In this document: piece by piece, positions 1 through 12,060 of the stretch
Layout: every line of letters starts with the position of its first letter
How positions within the stretch are numbered: the first letter of the stretch is position 1
From: Octopus sinensis
Taxonomy: Eukaryota
Direction of reading: 5' to 3'
Assembly: GCF_006345805.1 (NCBI RefSeq)
Contig: NC_043000.1
Location: forward strand, 38,812,001 to 38,876,000
Length of the DNA: 64,000 nucleotides
Notes under the pieces: generated by a model
Told to the model about the DNA's origin: nothing
Database searches by the model: none
What the model saw: the letters and a program-made list of their open reading frames with translations, nothing else
Translations under genes and position numbers: made by a program

Positions 1-313
1 TTATTTTTCTAGTGATTGGTTGTTTTCTTAAAGGATTTTTCGACTCCGATTTTCACAACAATGCTGGGACCGTGTGTGCCTTATCATAATATAAATTAAT
101 TATAAAATTTATATATACGTATACATATACATAAATACATACATATATATATATATACATACATATATATATGTATATATTATTTAATAAACAAAGTATC
201 TATTTTTATGAGCTGCTAGTATGTTCATGGGATTAAAATGACTGAATCAGCATTTTATAGCATGTCTGCTGCCATCACGTAATCCTGAGGCTCTGCCTAG
301 ATGACATAAACAG

Positions 314-620
314 CTAAAGCAGGACAGATGATAGAATGAGAGAGAATACGAGAAAGGCGAAAAGGAAGTCGATGTAAAATGTGGAACGTTGAAAACACCG
401 AAAATCGAAAAAGAACAAAGGCGGAGAATTAGAATTATGTCCCCTTTGATCGTAAAGGCACAAGGCTGAATGGATATGGGCCTTGAGACTGTGGTACTGC
501 TGCTCAATTCGAAGACGGTAGATTTTTCTTTTCGCCAACAAGTACTTATCCATATCTTTACATTCGCTAAAAATTTCAGTTCTAGAAGTCAACAGTTCAA
601 TGAAGAACCTAGATCTAAAA
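314..620 (-). other. Unassigned stop-free frame in unique sequence (candidate terminal exon, product unknown)
   Basis: Non-repetitive segment. The frame RSRFFIELLTSRTEIFSECKDMDKYLLAKRKIYRL...FYIDFLFAFLVFSLILSSVLL* is preceded by a TCTTTTAG acceptor-like site and ends in a hydrophobic stretch. I recognise no homologue. Confidence 0.2.
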
Positions 621-1237
621 GATCATCTTCCCTTCACGAAACAGTATACTATACATATGTATATATATATAATTTTTATTGATGTGATGTATCTCAAAGA
701 AAACATAGATATAAGAATAGCGAGTAAATATAGATTTTAAAACGCTTTGCATAGAAAATGCCTAAAGATGGCAGGTGATTTACCATTGTTTCAAAGCAAT
801 CCTTTGAAATTCTCTTTCCATTTTAGAAATTTTATTCTAACCTGCAAGAATTCTATGTTGTTGAGGTTATGAGAATTTATAAGCCTTGTGCCACTCTGTA
901 CCACTTGGTATTGGGACTGATATGCCATAAATTAAATAAAGCTATAAAATTTGGGGCTAGATATTGAGATATAAATTTATTTATTTTAAGATACAACGTT
1001 GCATATAAAGAACAATTATCTTATTCTCTTGAAGTTTATAAAATAAATGAAGAGCTAAACTGTTGCCACGAACATTTTCGTTAACCATCTTTGTTTATTT
1101 CAAACCTTGTTTATTGCATACGACATATTATGAATGATGACGTAATCACTCAGATTGTGCTTATACCCTGAATTATATATATATATATATATAAATATTT
1201 ATGCGTGTATGTGTGTATAAAGAGAGAGAAAGAAGTA

Positions 1238-1251
1238 AGATAGATAGGTAG

Positions 1252-1297
<46 letters not shown>
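1238..1297 (+). repeat. (GATA)n microsatellite
   Basis: Direct reading of AGAT repeats. Confidence 0.95.
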
Positions 1298-1298
<1 letters not shown>

Positions 1299-1667
1299 CA
1301 TTTCATAATTATAGGATTTATATCCGAGCTCCTTCAAATTTCATGCTCGGAAAGCGCGATACTGGCAAGAGCCTGTATAGTGTACTGTGCTCGATTGAGC
1401 AATTGTTCGGCTTCAGATAACATTGGAGCCACGCGAAGGAATACAAGAAAAGCAAATGAGAATAAAGGTTAAGAAGCATTTTAAGTTAAAGAAGGATATT
1501 TTTATCGCGCTGTATCGAGTCTTTCTTCCTGATCCTCCCAATGAGCGGAGAGTACGCTATGTACATACATCGCATGCATACAGATAGGTGTGTGTTTGCG
1601 CGAGCGTATGTGTGTGTATGTGCGTGTGTGTGAGTGAGTGTAATGTGGCATGTGTGCGTGCGTGTAG

Positions 1668-1717
<50 letters not shown>

Positions 1718-1718
<1 letters not shown>

Positions 1719-1934
1719 ACAGTCTGTCGGTTACGACGATGAGGGCCCCAGCTGCTCCGATCAACGGAACAGCTTGCTCGTGAAATTACCGTACAAGTGG
1801 CTGAGCACTCCACAGACACGGGTACTCTTAATGTAGTTCTCAAGTCGATTCACCGTGACGCAGAGGTGTGACAAAGCTGGCCCTTCTAAATACAAGTACT
1901 ACCCATTTTTGCCCTAAACACTAAGCCACGCGCC
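1718..1934 (-). mobile_element. SINE family C (tRNA-derived), internally deleted copy
   Basis: Shares GTCGGTTACGACGATGAGGG...GATCAACGGAACAGC.TGCTCGTGAAATTA..GT.CAAGTGGCTGAGCA with 30440-31135, and in reverse complement with 49248-49604. Confidence 0.8.
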
Positions 1935-1950
1935 TTCACTATCTATCTAT

Positions 1951-2049
<99 letters not shown>

Positions 2050-2123
2050 TAGATAGATATAGATATATATATATATATATATATAGATAGATAAATAGAT
2101 AGATAGATATAGATATATATATA

Positions 2124-2156
<33 letters not shown>

Positions 2157-2859
2157 GATAGATAGATAGGTAGATAGATATATAGATAGATAAATAGATA
2201 GATAGATACATGCGTATATATATATACACACACACACACAGGATTCTTGTGTTCATGGGTGCGTATGTTTACGTGTCTACCTGTTGAACGAGAAGAATTA
2301 TGAAAACATGAAAGAAAGAAAAAATATATGAATGAAAGATGCACGTTAAATATCGAAGTGTATCCCTTTTTTTGTTTTCTTTAATGGAGACCTTCCCAGC
2401 GTCTAAACAAACTAATCAGAAGAGACGGCCACTATAGAAAAAGACTCGTGAATTCATTGAACTAAAATCTATGCATCGAATATGTCAATAACTCAAAGAA
2501 AGAAAGAGAATGCTGTACAAATGTACGTCTTAATGGATGCCGCTTGAGTAGATTAATTGTCAGAGCAGATGGCAAATCATTTTGTGACATGCTTTTAAAT
2601 ACGTTTCCATTGAAATACTTTTAGATCACTCACTGCCTACCACGTATTATAGGATTATGGAATTAACCGATCTACTTTTAATGCATATTCGCTTGTTTTA
2701 GGTGATTCTGTGTCTTCTATTAAACGTGGTTTATTTTGAATTTTGGAGTTCACTATGTAATTTCTAGGTTAATGAATGAATTTGGTAATACTTTGAGTCA
2801 AATATAGAACAGGAAATGAAGTTCTTGAAAGTTAGCGGTGTAGTTCTGAATCTAGCTGT

Positions 2860-3283
2860 GCAGCCTTTTGGTGTCGGGTTCACTACCGCTGCACAGCGGT
2901 GACCTGGACGAGTGTCATGTACTTATAGCCTGAAGCATACCAAGGCTTTATGCGTAAATTTGGTTGACAGAAACTAAGCGGAAGCCCGTCGTGTGTATAT
3001 ATATATATATATATATAATATATATATATATAGATAGATAGATAGATAGATAGGTATGAGTTTATGTGTTTGTGTCTGTGTTTGTCGCACTCTCTCGGTA
3101 CCGCCCGACAACCAGAATTTGGTTGAAGTGTTTACGTTCCTGTGACACAGGGATTCAGCAAATGAGAGCCAACAAAGTATGTGCTAGTCTTAAAAAAAAC
3201 CCACCCAGTTCTTCGACTGAAGCGCTTCAAAGCCTTCTCCCAGCATGGTTGCTGCCCAATAACTGAAGCAAGTAAAAGATAAC
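2860..3283 (+). mobile_element. SINE family A (tRNA head, CORE-like domain, internal microsatellite), diverged copy
   Basis: Aligns by eye with 42920-43360 and 61805-61965 (...AAATTTGGTTGACAGAAACT.A..GAAGCCCGTCGT..., 3' CCCAGCATGG...TAACTGAAGCAAG). Confidence 0.75.
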
Positions 3284-4162
3284 AAATTTTCTGAAGCTAC
3301 GACAAAGGAATTACTAAAATTCTTCACTACTTCACGCTGTTGATAATACATTTTAGAAAATGAATTTCTATCACTAAATATGTTTAAGGTTTTGGGTCAA
3401 ATTTTGCTAAGAGCTATTATCGCTTACGTCTTACATGTCGTTGGCGCTGTTATACAAGCGTTCGCCATTCAAAAAGGAAAAAAAATGCTTTGCATTCTAA
3501 AGGATTATTCCTCATAAAACCATAAACAAATATACCAAACTCACTTATTCCATTAACGCATTCGGATATATCATGGAAACCACAATGCCAATACATCATA
3601 ACTAGTCTCTTTTTTTTATTATTATTATTTTCGTTTTGATAGATTTTTTTCGCTTTCTTTCACTTGGTAGAGTTAAGTGAGAGACATGTTTAATAAATCT
3701 TGTTTTGTATGATGTTATTCTACACCAGACATTATATAATTCTTAGAACCAACCTTACCTAGCTTTTATCTCAAATTGCTAGTTATTATTATTGTTGGTG
3801 TTGTTGTTGTTGCTGCTGTGCATTTTGTTGTTGTTGATTTACCATTTGTTTAGTTGCCTTTCATGTGGAGGATTCCTGTGATTCCATCGTTTCTCCAAAG
3901 TATGATTATATTTGAGTTGCTCAACGAAGTTTTATGCTGTTTGATCTTTCGTTGCAGGATTCTTTTAAAGATCAGTAGAACACACTTTGCACGCGCTTTG
4001 TTGTTGTGGAGAGACTGATGTGTGTGTAACATATAACACATGCATACATACATACATACATACATATATACAAACATGCATATATATATATATATAATAT
4101 AATATATAATACACACATATATATAATATATATATACATATATGCACATATATATAAATATG

Positions 4163-4212
<50 letters not shown>

Positions 4213-4727
4213 TATACATATATATATATATACGTAGATATGTATACATAGATATACATATATACATACATATATATGCATACGTATATACATACATACG
4301 CTTATATATTATGTGCATGGAAGTGTATGTATGTACGTATGTATGTAAGTATGCATTTATGTATGTATATGTGTGTGTGTGTATGCATACACGTGGTGGG
4401 TTGTGTGCGCTTACTGAAATAGTTTTATGTTTTATGTATGTCGACATCTCAATGAAACCATATTATATCTTTGTGACTCGAGACTTAACACGGAAGCGGA
4501 TCTAAACGAGAAGTGATAAACACACTCTTACTTTAGTCTTAAAGACATTTCTACAAATAACCCTGAAGCGTTTAATCTAAATATTCCAACTTTCTGTACT
4601 AAAAAACATCCGATCTTCTGTCGCATCTCATAACCTTCAAAGTCTATATTCGTTTACCCACCTCGGCTAAATTACTCAATAATGTACATATGTTAAAACT
4701 GAAAAGTTGTAACATATGCACATATTC

Positions 4728-4905
4728 TTTTATTTGTTTCAGTCATTTGACATCGCGGCAATGCTGTAGCATCGCCAGAATGCTTTCGTTGTAAGCCTAG
4801 TACTTAGTCTATCGTTCTCTTTTGCCGAACCGCTAAGTTCCGGAGACGTAAATACACCAGCATCGGTTGTTAAGCGATGTCGGGAGGAGAAACATGGACA
4901 CACAA
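4728..4905 (-). mobile_element. SINE family A, 3' half
   Basis: TTTCAGTCATTTGAC...GTAAGCCTAGTACTTA.TCTATCG.TCTCTTTTGCCGAACCGCTAAGT motif, shared with many copies in the window. Confidence 0.8.
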
Positions 4906-4921
4906 ACATATGCATACATAT

Positions 4922-4985
<64 letters not shown>

Positions 4986-5029
4986 AGAGAGAGAGAGAGA
5001 GATACGCACACACACACACATATATATCG

Positions 5030-5228
5030 CGTGTTACCGTTGGCGATTTTTTGTCCTCTGTCTTCCCTTCTCTGGATCTTTCCTTCTCCTATGTTTCCGA
5101 CGAAGAGCTCCGCTCGAAACGTTAAACCCTCCTTCTTTCCTTCTTTCCTGAGCGTCCAATAATACTATATTTGTTCCACGTCCTCGCGTTGTTATGTTTT
5201 TTTGTGCTTTCTTGTTTGGATTAACTAT
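5030..5228 (+). mobile_element. Short non-autonomous element with a minimal hammerhead-like motif (Penelope pLTR-like)
   Basis: 5093-5127 reads GTTT CCGACGA A GAGC TCC GCTC GAAAC GTT AAAC. A near-identical element lies at 60745-60950. Both end in (TA)n. Confidence 0.65.
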
Positions 5229-5399
5229 ATATATATATGTGTGTGTGTGTGTGAGTGTGTGTGTGTGTGTGGGTGTGTGTGTGGGTGTGTATTAATAACA
5301 ATAATATGACAAAAGAATGGATGAGACCTCGGTATTATATAAAATAGAGGAATTTATCTATAAATATAATATGTGCCAATTATTTGGTTGTCATACTCA

Positions 5400-5508
5400 A
5401 ACTCAGAGTTTCGGATACCGGTGTTTTTTTTATAGTGTTTTGTCTTAATAACTGATGAGATGCTGGAGCAGACTTTAGCCCCGGTATCCGAACACTGAGT
5501 TTTTATTA
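5400..5508. repeat. Inverted pair of hammerhead-like fragments
   Basis: 5400-5421 is the reverse complement of about 5481-5501. 5446-5508 reads TAATAA CTGATGA GATGCTGG...CCGGTATC C GAA-CAC TGA GTT T TTATTA. Confidence 0.55.
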
Positions 5509-5744
5509 TGACAACCAACTAATTGTCACATATTATATTTATATATATTGATATATTCGAAAGATATTGGATTGCCTATGCTCAGTCCACTGCAGAACAA
5601 ATGCCTCAGGGTCTTCTCTCCACCAACTACGATAGGCCGTTAATTCGATCTTGAGATCAAACTCGTTCGATGAGCCTTCTCTGCTGCTCTTGGTTTACAT
5701 GGCGTGGTCGGGTGGTACAGTTTTTATACTGTATTTGAAGAGTA

Positions 5745-5910
5745 GCTCAGTCGATTACATCGACCTTATTGCCCAACAGGTAGTTATTTTATTAAACCTA
5801 AAAGGATAAAAGGTAAGGTCGAACTCGGCGGAATTTGAAATCAGAACGCAAAGACGGAAGAATTGCCGCCAAGCATTTTGTCCGGCGAGTAAATGATTCT
5901 GCCAGCTCAC
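5745..5910 (-). mobile_element. SINE family B (tRNA-derived)
   Basis: AAAGGTAAGGTCGAACTCGGCGGAATTTGAAATCAGAACG motif (B-box GAGTTCAAATTCC on the minus strand). Confidence 0.8.
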
Positions 5911-5989
5911 CCCTGTAACTTATAACTTGTAACTGTAACTTATAAAACTTTCATTGATCGCAGGTCGAAAATTTGGAGGCAGAGATTGT

Positions 5990-6590
5990 GCAGAGGTTAT
6001 CATTCTTTAAACCATGTTGTAGATATCTGATCTGTAATTCCAGTATAACTTCCTTCGTTCTCTGTAATCTAATGTCAAAAATATTGACCACGTCCATACC
6101 TCATATGAAATACCTAAATTCTTTCGGAATAGAGATGATAGGTGAACAGAACCTCGACTTTCTGCAGTAGTTCAGGAAGAATTATTTTACCTTCTGAGTA
6201 ACATGGCACCTCACTAACGTAACCTCCACCAGCATATGCGCCTATCGAACCGTAGGCGTTGACCAGAATCACTGCAGCATAGTAACGTCCCTCTTTCCCT
6301 GACGTGCCACTTGTTTTAATACGCTTGTGCTGAAGTCACCCACGAACTCCTCATTTACCTTGTTTTACACAACAAACGTCACATTCAGAACGTTCACGAA
6401 CTTCTGCAGTGAAAGTCAGAAGATAAATCTTTGACATTACATTCACTTGTTCTTTGTGTTGCAGCAAATCCTATTTCCTCACAATTGCCTTTTATCAAGT
6501 AGTTCTCCACTTAACTTTCCATTTCTCATGCTAAAGATAGACTTCAATTTTTCATCAGATAACAGTAATTCTAAATATTCTATCTTGCAC
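5990..6590 (-). pseudogene. Possible decayed polycystin (PKD1L/PKD2)-like TOP-domain frame (speculative)
   Basis: One minus-strand frame with in-frame stops reads ...YLLTFTAEVRERSECDVCCVKQGK*GVRG*LQHKRIKTSGTSGKEGRYYAAVILVNAYGSIGAYAGGGYVSEV... The YGSIGAYAGGGY at 6219-6254 resembles the polycystin G..ATYSGGGY motif. Eye alignment only. Confidence 0.25.
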
Positions 6591-6664
6591 CATAACATGC
6601 TTGGAAAACCTTGTTACTGTTTTTCGTATATATATCTATTTATACATTTCGTATAATTTTCCCA

Positions 6665-6780
<116 letters not shown>

Positions 6781-6789
6781 TTGATCACT

Positions 6790-6945
6790 AAACACACACG
6801 TTTTTTTTCATTCTCTCTCTATCCCTCTCTGTTTATTTTCTCTTATCTCTTTCCTTTTGTTGAAGAGCATAGGGTCGGAACGCAATAGAATTTCTCACCT
6901 CCCTGAGCGTCAAACTAATACACCTGCTTACCAAGAGACAGGAAA
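6790..6945 (+). mobile_element. Degenerate copy of the hammerhead-bearing short element
   Basis: TTGTTGAAGAGCATAGGGTCGGAACGCAATAGAATTTCTCACCT matches 46555-46591 (reverse complement) and 56951-56985. Confidence 0.6.
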
Positions 6946-9900
6946 AAAATTTAGATATTATTTATCCATCATTACACATGCTTCATTTGATAATAGTAGT
7001 TATAAAATTTCACATGTCGGAGAAACAAGTAAGAAGTCCCCTGTTGGAGATCCTTCAGACAGAGAATCAAATAATCCAAAATTTACATTTGGATGAAGCT
7101 CAGGAAACATATACAAATACCTACGTGCTGATGTCGTTAAATTTCTATTGAATTATTCCATATTAAGTTAATGAAGATTTGGAAACAATGTACTACATAG
7201 ACAGGGGTGTCACTCTGTGTGAATAATACATGGAACGATCATGGTTGGAAAGACTTCATCAAAATGTGGATCGATAAAGGCTAGGCAGGATTTACATAGC
7301 AGCAACAATAACAACACAGACAACAACAACATCTCTAAAACGTATTGTTTATCTCTGTGCGAGAGCAAAATCAGTTCATTTCCGATTGTTTGACAACACC
7401 TCAAACATCTCTGAGATTATTTAGCTGATTATAATTATTTCCTTCGGTTTCGTGATTCTGTCCTCTATGTCCTACCCTGCGGAGGGCTTATTAATTGAAA
7501 CGAGATCACCATTCTTAAAACGGAACACTAATCAATTTCTAATGAAATGACTTCGTATTACAATCAAAATGCCCCTTCGTCTTATATCTATCAGCCACTG
7601 ACAATCCATATCCATAGCTTACTCTATTAATTTGTTTCCCTCTGACCAAGTACATTCACACAAATACACCATACTCCTACAGCCCTACTTTCCTATGCCA
7701 GCACCCCCCCCCCATGCACATATTTGTAAACGGTTACCCTCCTATATATGAACACACCAACCGCCAACTTCTCTTTTCCTAACTTTTCCCCAGGCAACCA
7801 CATTCCCACCTGACGTCTATTTTCCTTTTGTTTCATCTACCTTTCCTTCACAACTTTAACCATTCTTTTTATTTTAAAATAAATGATTAACATCCGAAAC
7901 GTCAGCGATTCTTTCCCTTCCTTTTAAATATTATACTATTATACTGGTAACACCTTTGTTAAAACTTCTCGTTTTGTTTCCTATATTTGATCATTACCTA
8001 ATATATATCAGTTTGTCTTTCCTTCAGATACCCCTAATGAATCCCATACGCTGAACAGTCGGGAAGTAATGTAAATCTGCATTAATGATATAAGGAAAAT
8101 AGACGACTCCATGTTAATTTGTAATCGACTGATCTGATCAATTGATAACTAATTTATTTCACATTTCCAACATAAAGCCATAAATTTAGAGAAAAGGATC
8201 GGCCATATTCCTTCAACCTTCTTGGCCTCAATTATCGGCTGCAACTATGATTCTCACGCAATTAAATATTTACGACATCTGCTTAATGAATTTCTCATGT
8301 TTCTCTACGATCGCCAGCAGTGTACATTTCTACTTGAAAGGCTTCTGAGGGGTATACACACGCTCTCGACTTTCTACCGTCTTATGACTAAGCCCTACAC
8401 CCTCTATGGAACATATTATATCAACAACTGTTCTCTACTCTTCCGGACTCTTGTCTGTCTTTTTTGCCTCTTCCCAAATGGATCCCTACATTTTCAGCCT
8501 TATTTTCGCAAGCCTTATGGAGTCTGTCCCAACTTACGCTTCAGGTATATGTTTCCTTATGACAAGGCACTCCGTTCCTAGGTCTGTCTGTTCTGAATTA
8601 TCATCAATGCTTCCGGAACTTTGTTTCCTTTTTTTCTAGGGAGAGCTGTTGGTCCTACGCAAACTCATTTTTACCTCTGGAGAGAGATGGTCCACATTAG
8701 TCTGTCCTCTATGCTTTCACATGTCCAGCATAGCTCGGGAGACTCTACAAGAAACTGGCATAGCTCTCGGGTTCTTTAATAGAGACAGGCCACCACAGCA
8801 CAACAAGGAACGGAACTTATAGCGGACTTCCTGCCGTAGGTGAAGTGCAGTTAATTCGTGGTTAATTTTTGTGATGAAAAACAATAGGCAATCCAACACT
8901 AATCCCGTAATTTCTATCTTCGTAATATATCTAATTAACAAATTTACAGGTGAAGACATACTGAAGATTGCCAAAAAGGATGACACAGTTTCATGCGTGA
9001 CCACCGCAAATTAGAAATCGTGAGAACTCCGTTATTGATACAGTAAAATAATTTAAGTTGCTTGCGTGTGTGTGTGCGTGTGTGAGTGTGCGTGAGTGTG
9101 ATTGTGTGTGTGTTTTGGTGCTGGTGTGCGTGTGTGAATGTGTGAGTGTGTATGGGTGAGGGTATTTGCGAATGCTGTGAAATTTGTGAATTTTATATTC
9201 CTTGATTTAAAATTTTTAATCCATCTCACTCACTAGTTACCTCCATTTGTATTAACAGTATCCAGCGGGCGCCACGCGTACAGCTAAATTATTTTGTCCG
9301 AATGCGTTCATTCTTCAGTGGAATAAAAAGTTTAATCGAAGAGAGCCTAGACGTTTTTATCAATTACAAAGGGTGATTTAAAACTATTCAGAATTAATCT
9401 TTAAAATGGTCGATTTTATAAATCATTCAGAAACATTGTTGCTGTGTCTAAACAAATGTTATGTCATGAATATATTTCAACTGAATCCAGAAAAGGTCAC
9501 AAGTTCTTCAGCGACCGCTCCAATCCTTTTCTTTATCCCTTGTTTATACTGTATGTCATTCCATTTCTATACACCTTGTATATATGTTCTTTTCAACCCA
9601 CATGTTTGTCTTCTTTGTGTCACTTCGCTTACATTCTGTTAAACACGTCACCTCTTCCTTCCATCAAAACTATTCTAGCAACTTTCACTTTATGTATCAT
9701 TACTTTACACAACTAAACTCTATGTAATAAAATAACGAAATTACGAAGACAGAGAGAAGCTTTCAATGCGTCAAAAGGAAAAGTTTAGTAACCTTTATAA
9801 ATTTGAGGCAAAATGGCCCTTCACCAGATGTGAATAAAATCAAGAAAAGAATGTGAATCTCTAACAAGAAAACCATATTCTGCATTGTGCAGGCCTTTCT

Positions 9901-11239
9901 GTCTAAATATATAAAGGATATTATTTCTCGTCGTCATAGCAGGCTCACAATTCTTCACTATTTTGTTATTTTACTTCTCTATTACATTCCTTCAAGCAAT
10001 CTACGACGCGTTTCTAAACTATACGTGTTTACGTTTCTCCCCTAACACTGCATTTGGTCGAGTATTTGGTTTTCAATGGAATATATTTGTATCCTTACAT
10101 GTTACTTTTATGAATATGCCGATAAAGTAACTATACTTTATATACATGATTCGTTAGACAATAACGATAGATATTCCATAGCCTAATATATCATAATATT
10201 CCTCGGAACTATAAATCTGTACACAAAGAGCCTGTATACTTGTTTATGAAACTGAAATCGAGAAATATTTTTAAAAGACTTTTAAAAAAGTCTACATCCG
10301 GTGATCCAGTCTCAGAAAAAAATATTATCATCACGTGACTTTCACTTACAAGGTTTAGATCGGTAAAGTGAAAAATTTGGTTAAATACATTCTGTGTATA
10401 ATATATGAAAGGTTCAAGGTGATGAGCTAGCGGAATTGTTAGCTCGCTTGGCAAAGTGCATTTTTTTTTTTTTTCATAATCTTCTCGTTCTGATTTCAAA
10501 CACCTCCGAGTTCGACTTTGCCGTTTGTCCTTTTGGGATCGATAATATAAATACCACTTGCAGAGTGAGTTCAGTGTAACCGACTAACCCCCACTTCCTC
10601 GAAATCGCTGGCCTCGTGCTGAAATTTTAATCTAATCTTATAGCTGATGTTGACATTTTTGCGGTTGTAGTTAGGAAAGTGTTGACGACATTAATTTAAG
10701 TTATAAACTTAAATGTTGCTTCGTAATACAAAATATGAAGTGGTGTAATGTTCGGGGTGATATGGTTTTGTGTCATACGAAGAATCATATCGATATTTTG
10801 CAGGAAACATGATTTGCAAGGCTAGAATTATCTAAAGTTGAGATGATAATATTCCATAATAATCGTTTTACGATGTTCCAGAGAAACATTTATGCTGAGT
10901 TTGGTAAATTGCAATACAACTTTGATTGGGCCTTGCTTGTTATTGTGGTGATTTGTTAATGATTTGGGATATGAAATTCCATTGAATCTAACTGATTTGA
11001 GGAATTTAGTTGCAATAAATATTTATTGTATCACTTTCATTTCGCATTTATCTTTTATATAGAGGTCTAATATAAAATATTAATGTAACGAAACCAAAAC
11101 TTACAACAGTGGAAATGGCTGGTAACGAGTGTGTAAAAAAGGAGCTTAATATGCCCTAAAATAGGGAGGCAAATATATGTATATAAAAGTCATTGAATCT
11201 GATATAGGTATATAAACGATAATCGTAAAAATAGATGAT

Positions 11240-12060
11240 CCAAAATGGAAGCAAGCATAAATCATTGAACGAACTAATTGGGAATAAAAGGAGTGCATTG
11301 AACAAATTTTCCAAATGTTTTATAACAATATAGCAATATAACATACGTTGTACGGATTGAAGAAAGAATACTAACGCAGCAAGAAGCTTCAAAATCCAAT
11401 AAACCTGAAACGAAAAAGCTGCAGTGCTAATTATAGCTGCTCATGAACAAGCCATTAAGACGAATGTAATAAAGGCAATGGTCGATAAACTTTAGAGAGC
11501 AAACGCAGAATCTGTGGGAAAGGAAACGAAAGCACTGAGCATTTCTTCAGGGAATGCAGTAAATTTGCTCAAAAATATATAAGAAGGCATGTCCGTTTAT
11601 GTAAAAGGTTGCATAGGGATGTTAACTAAGTGTGTGGCTTGAAAATAGCAGAAAATTGGTATAAGCACGCACCAGAAGCAGTGACTGTGAATTCAAATTT
11701 TTAGGACTTTATGAAACTTCCTTACGATCAACCAAACAATTGAAGCCAAAAGACCATACAAGCTTATAGATGACAAAAGAATCAAACAATGTGATCGTAG
11801 ACATTGCACTACCTTTTGATAACTGAATGGGTAGTAACAAATTGAAAATTTGAGAAATATCAGGATCAAGCCAAAAAAAGTTTAAGAGTTTCTGGAAGAC
11901 TAAGACGACTAATTCCTGTGGTAAGGATACTCTTGGCACAACTCGCAAACGGTTAAGAGGCTGAAAGATATTGGGACTCGCATTGTTGATCAGCAGAAAA
12001 AAATAATCTTGCTTTCTACATGGTTTCTAAATATATTTCTTGGGAGTTGAGGAGATTTTT
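11240..12060 (+). mobile_element. R4/Dong-clade non-LTR retrotransposon 3' fragment (CCHC knuckle + restriction-like endonuclease), pseudogenised
   Basis: Translation with frameshifts gives IIAAHEQAIKTNVIKAMVDK..CRICGKGNESTEHFFRECSKFAQ..NWYKHAPEAV..VDIALP, typical of the C-terminus of RLE-type LINEs. Confidence 0.8.

Noticed and set aside
6336-6353. In-frame TGA codons read as Trp (mitochondrial insertion) or selenocysteine
   Set aside because: There is no similarity to mitochondrial genes, TAG and TAA stops occur in the same frame, and I identified no SECIS.
6857-7096. 79-aa ORF with protein-like composition
   Set aside because: Its first third is a degenerate copy of the hammerhead-bearing repeat. 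I found no convincing splice sites or homology.
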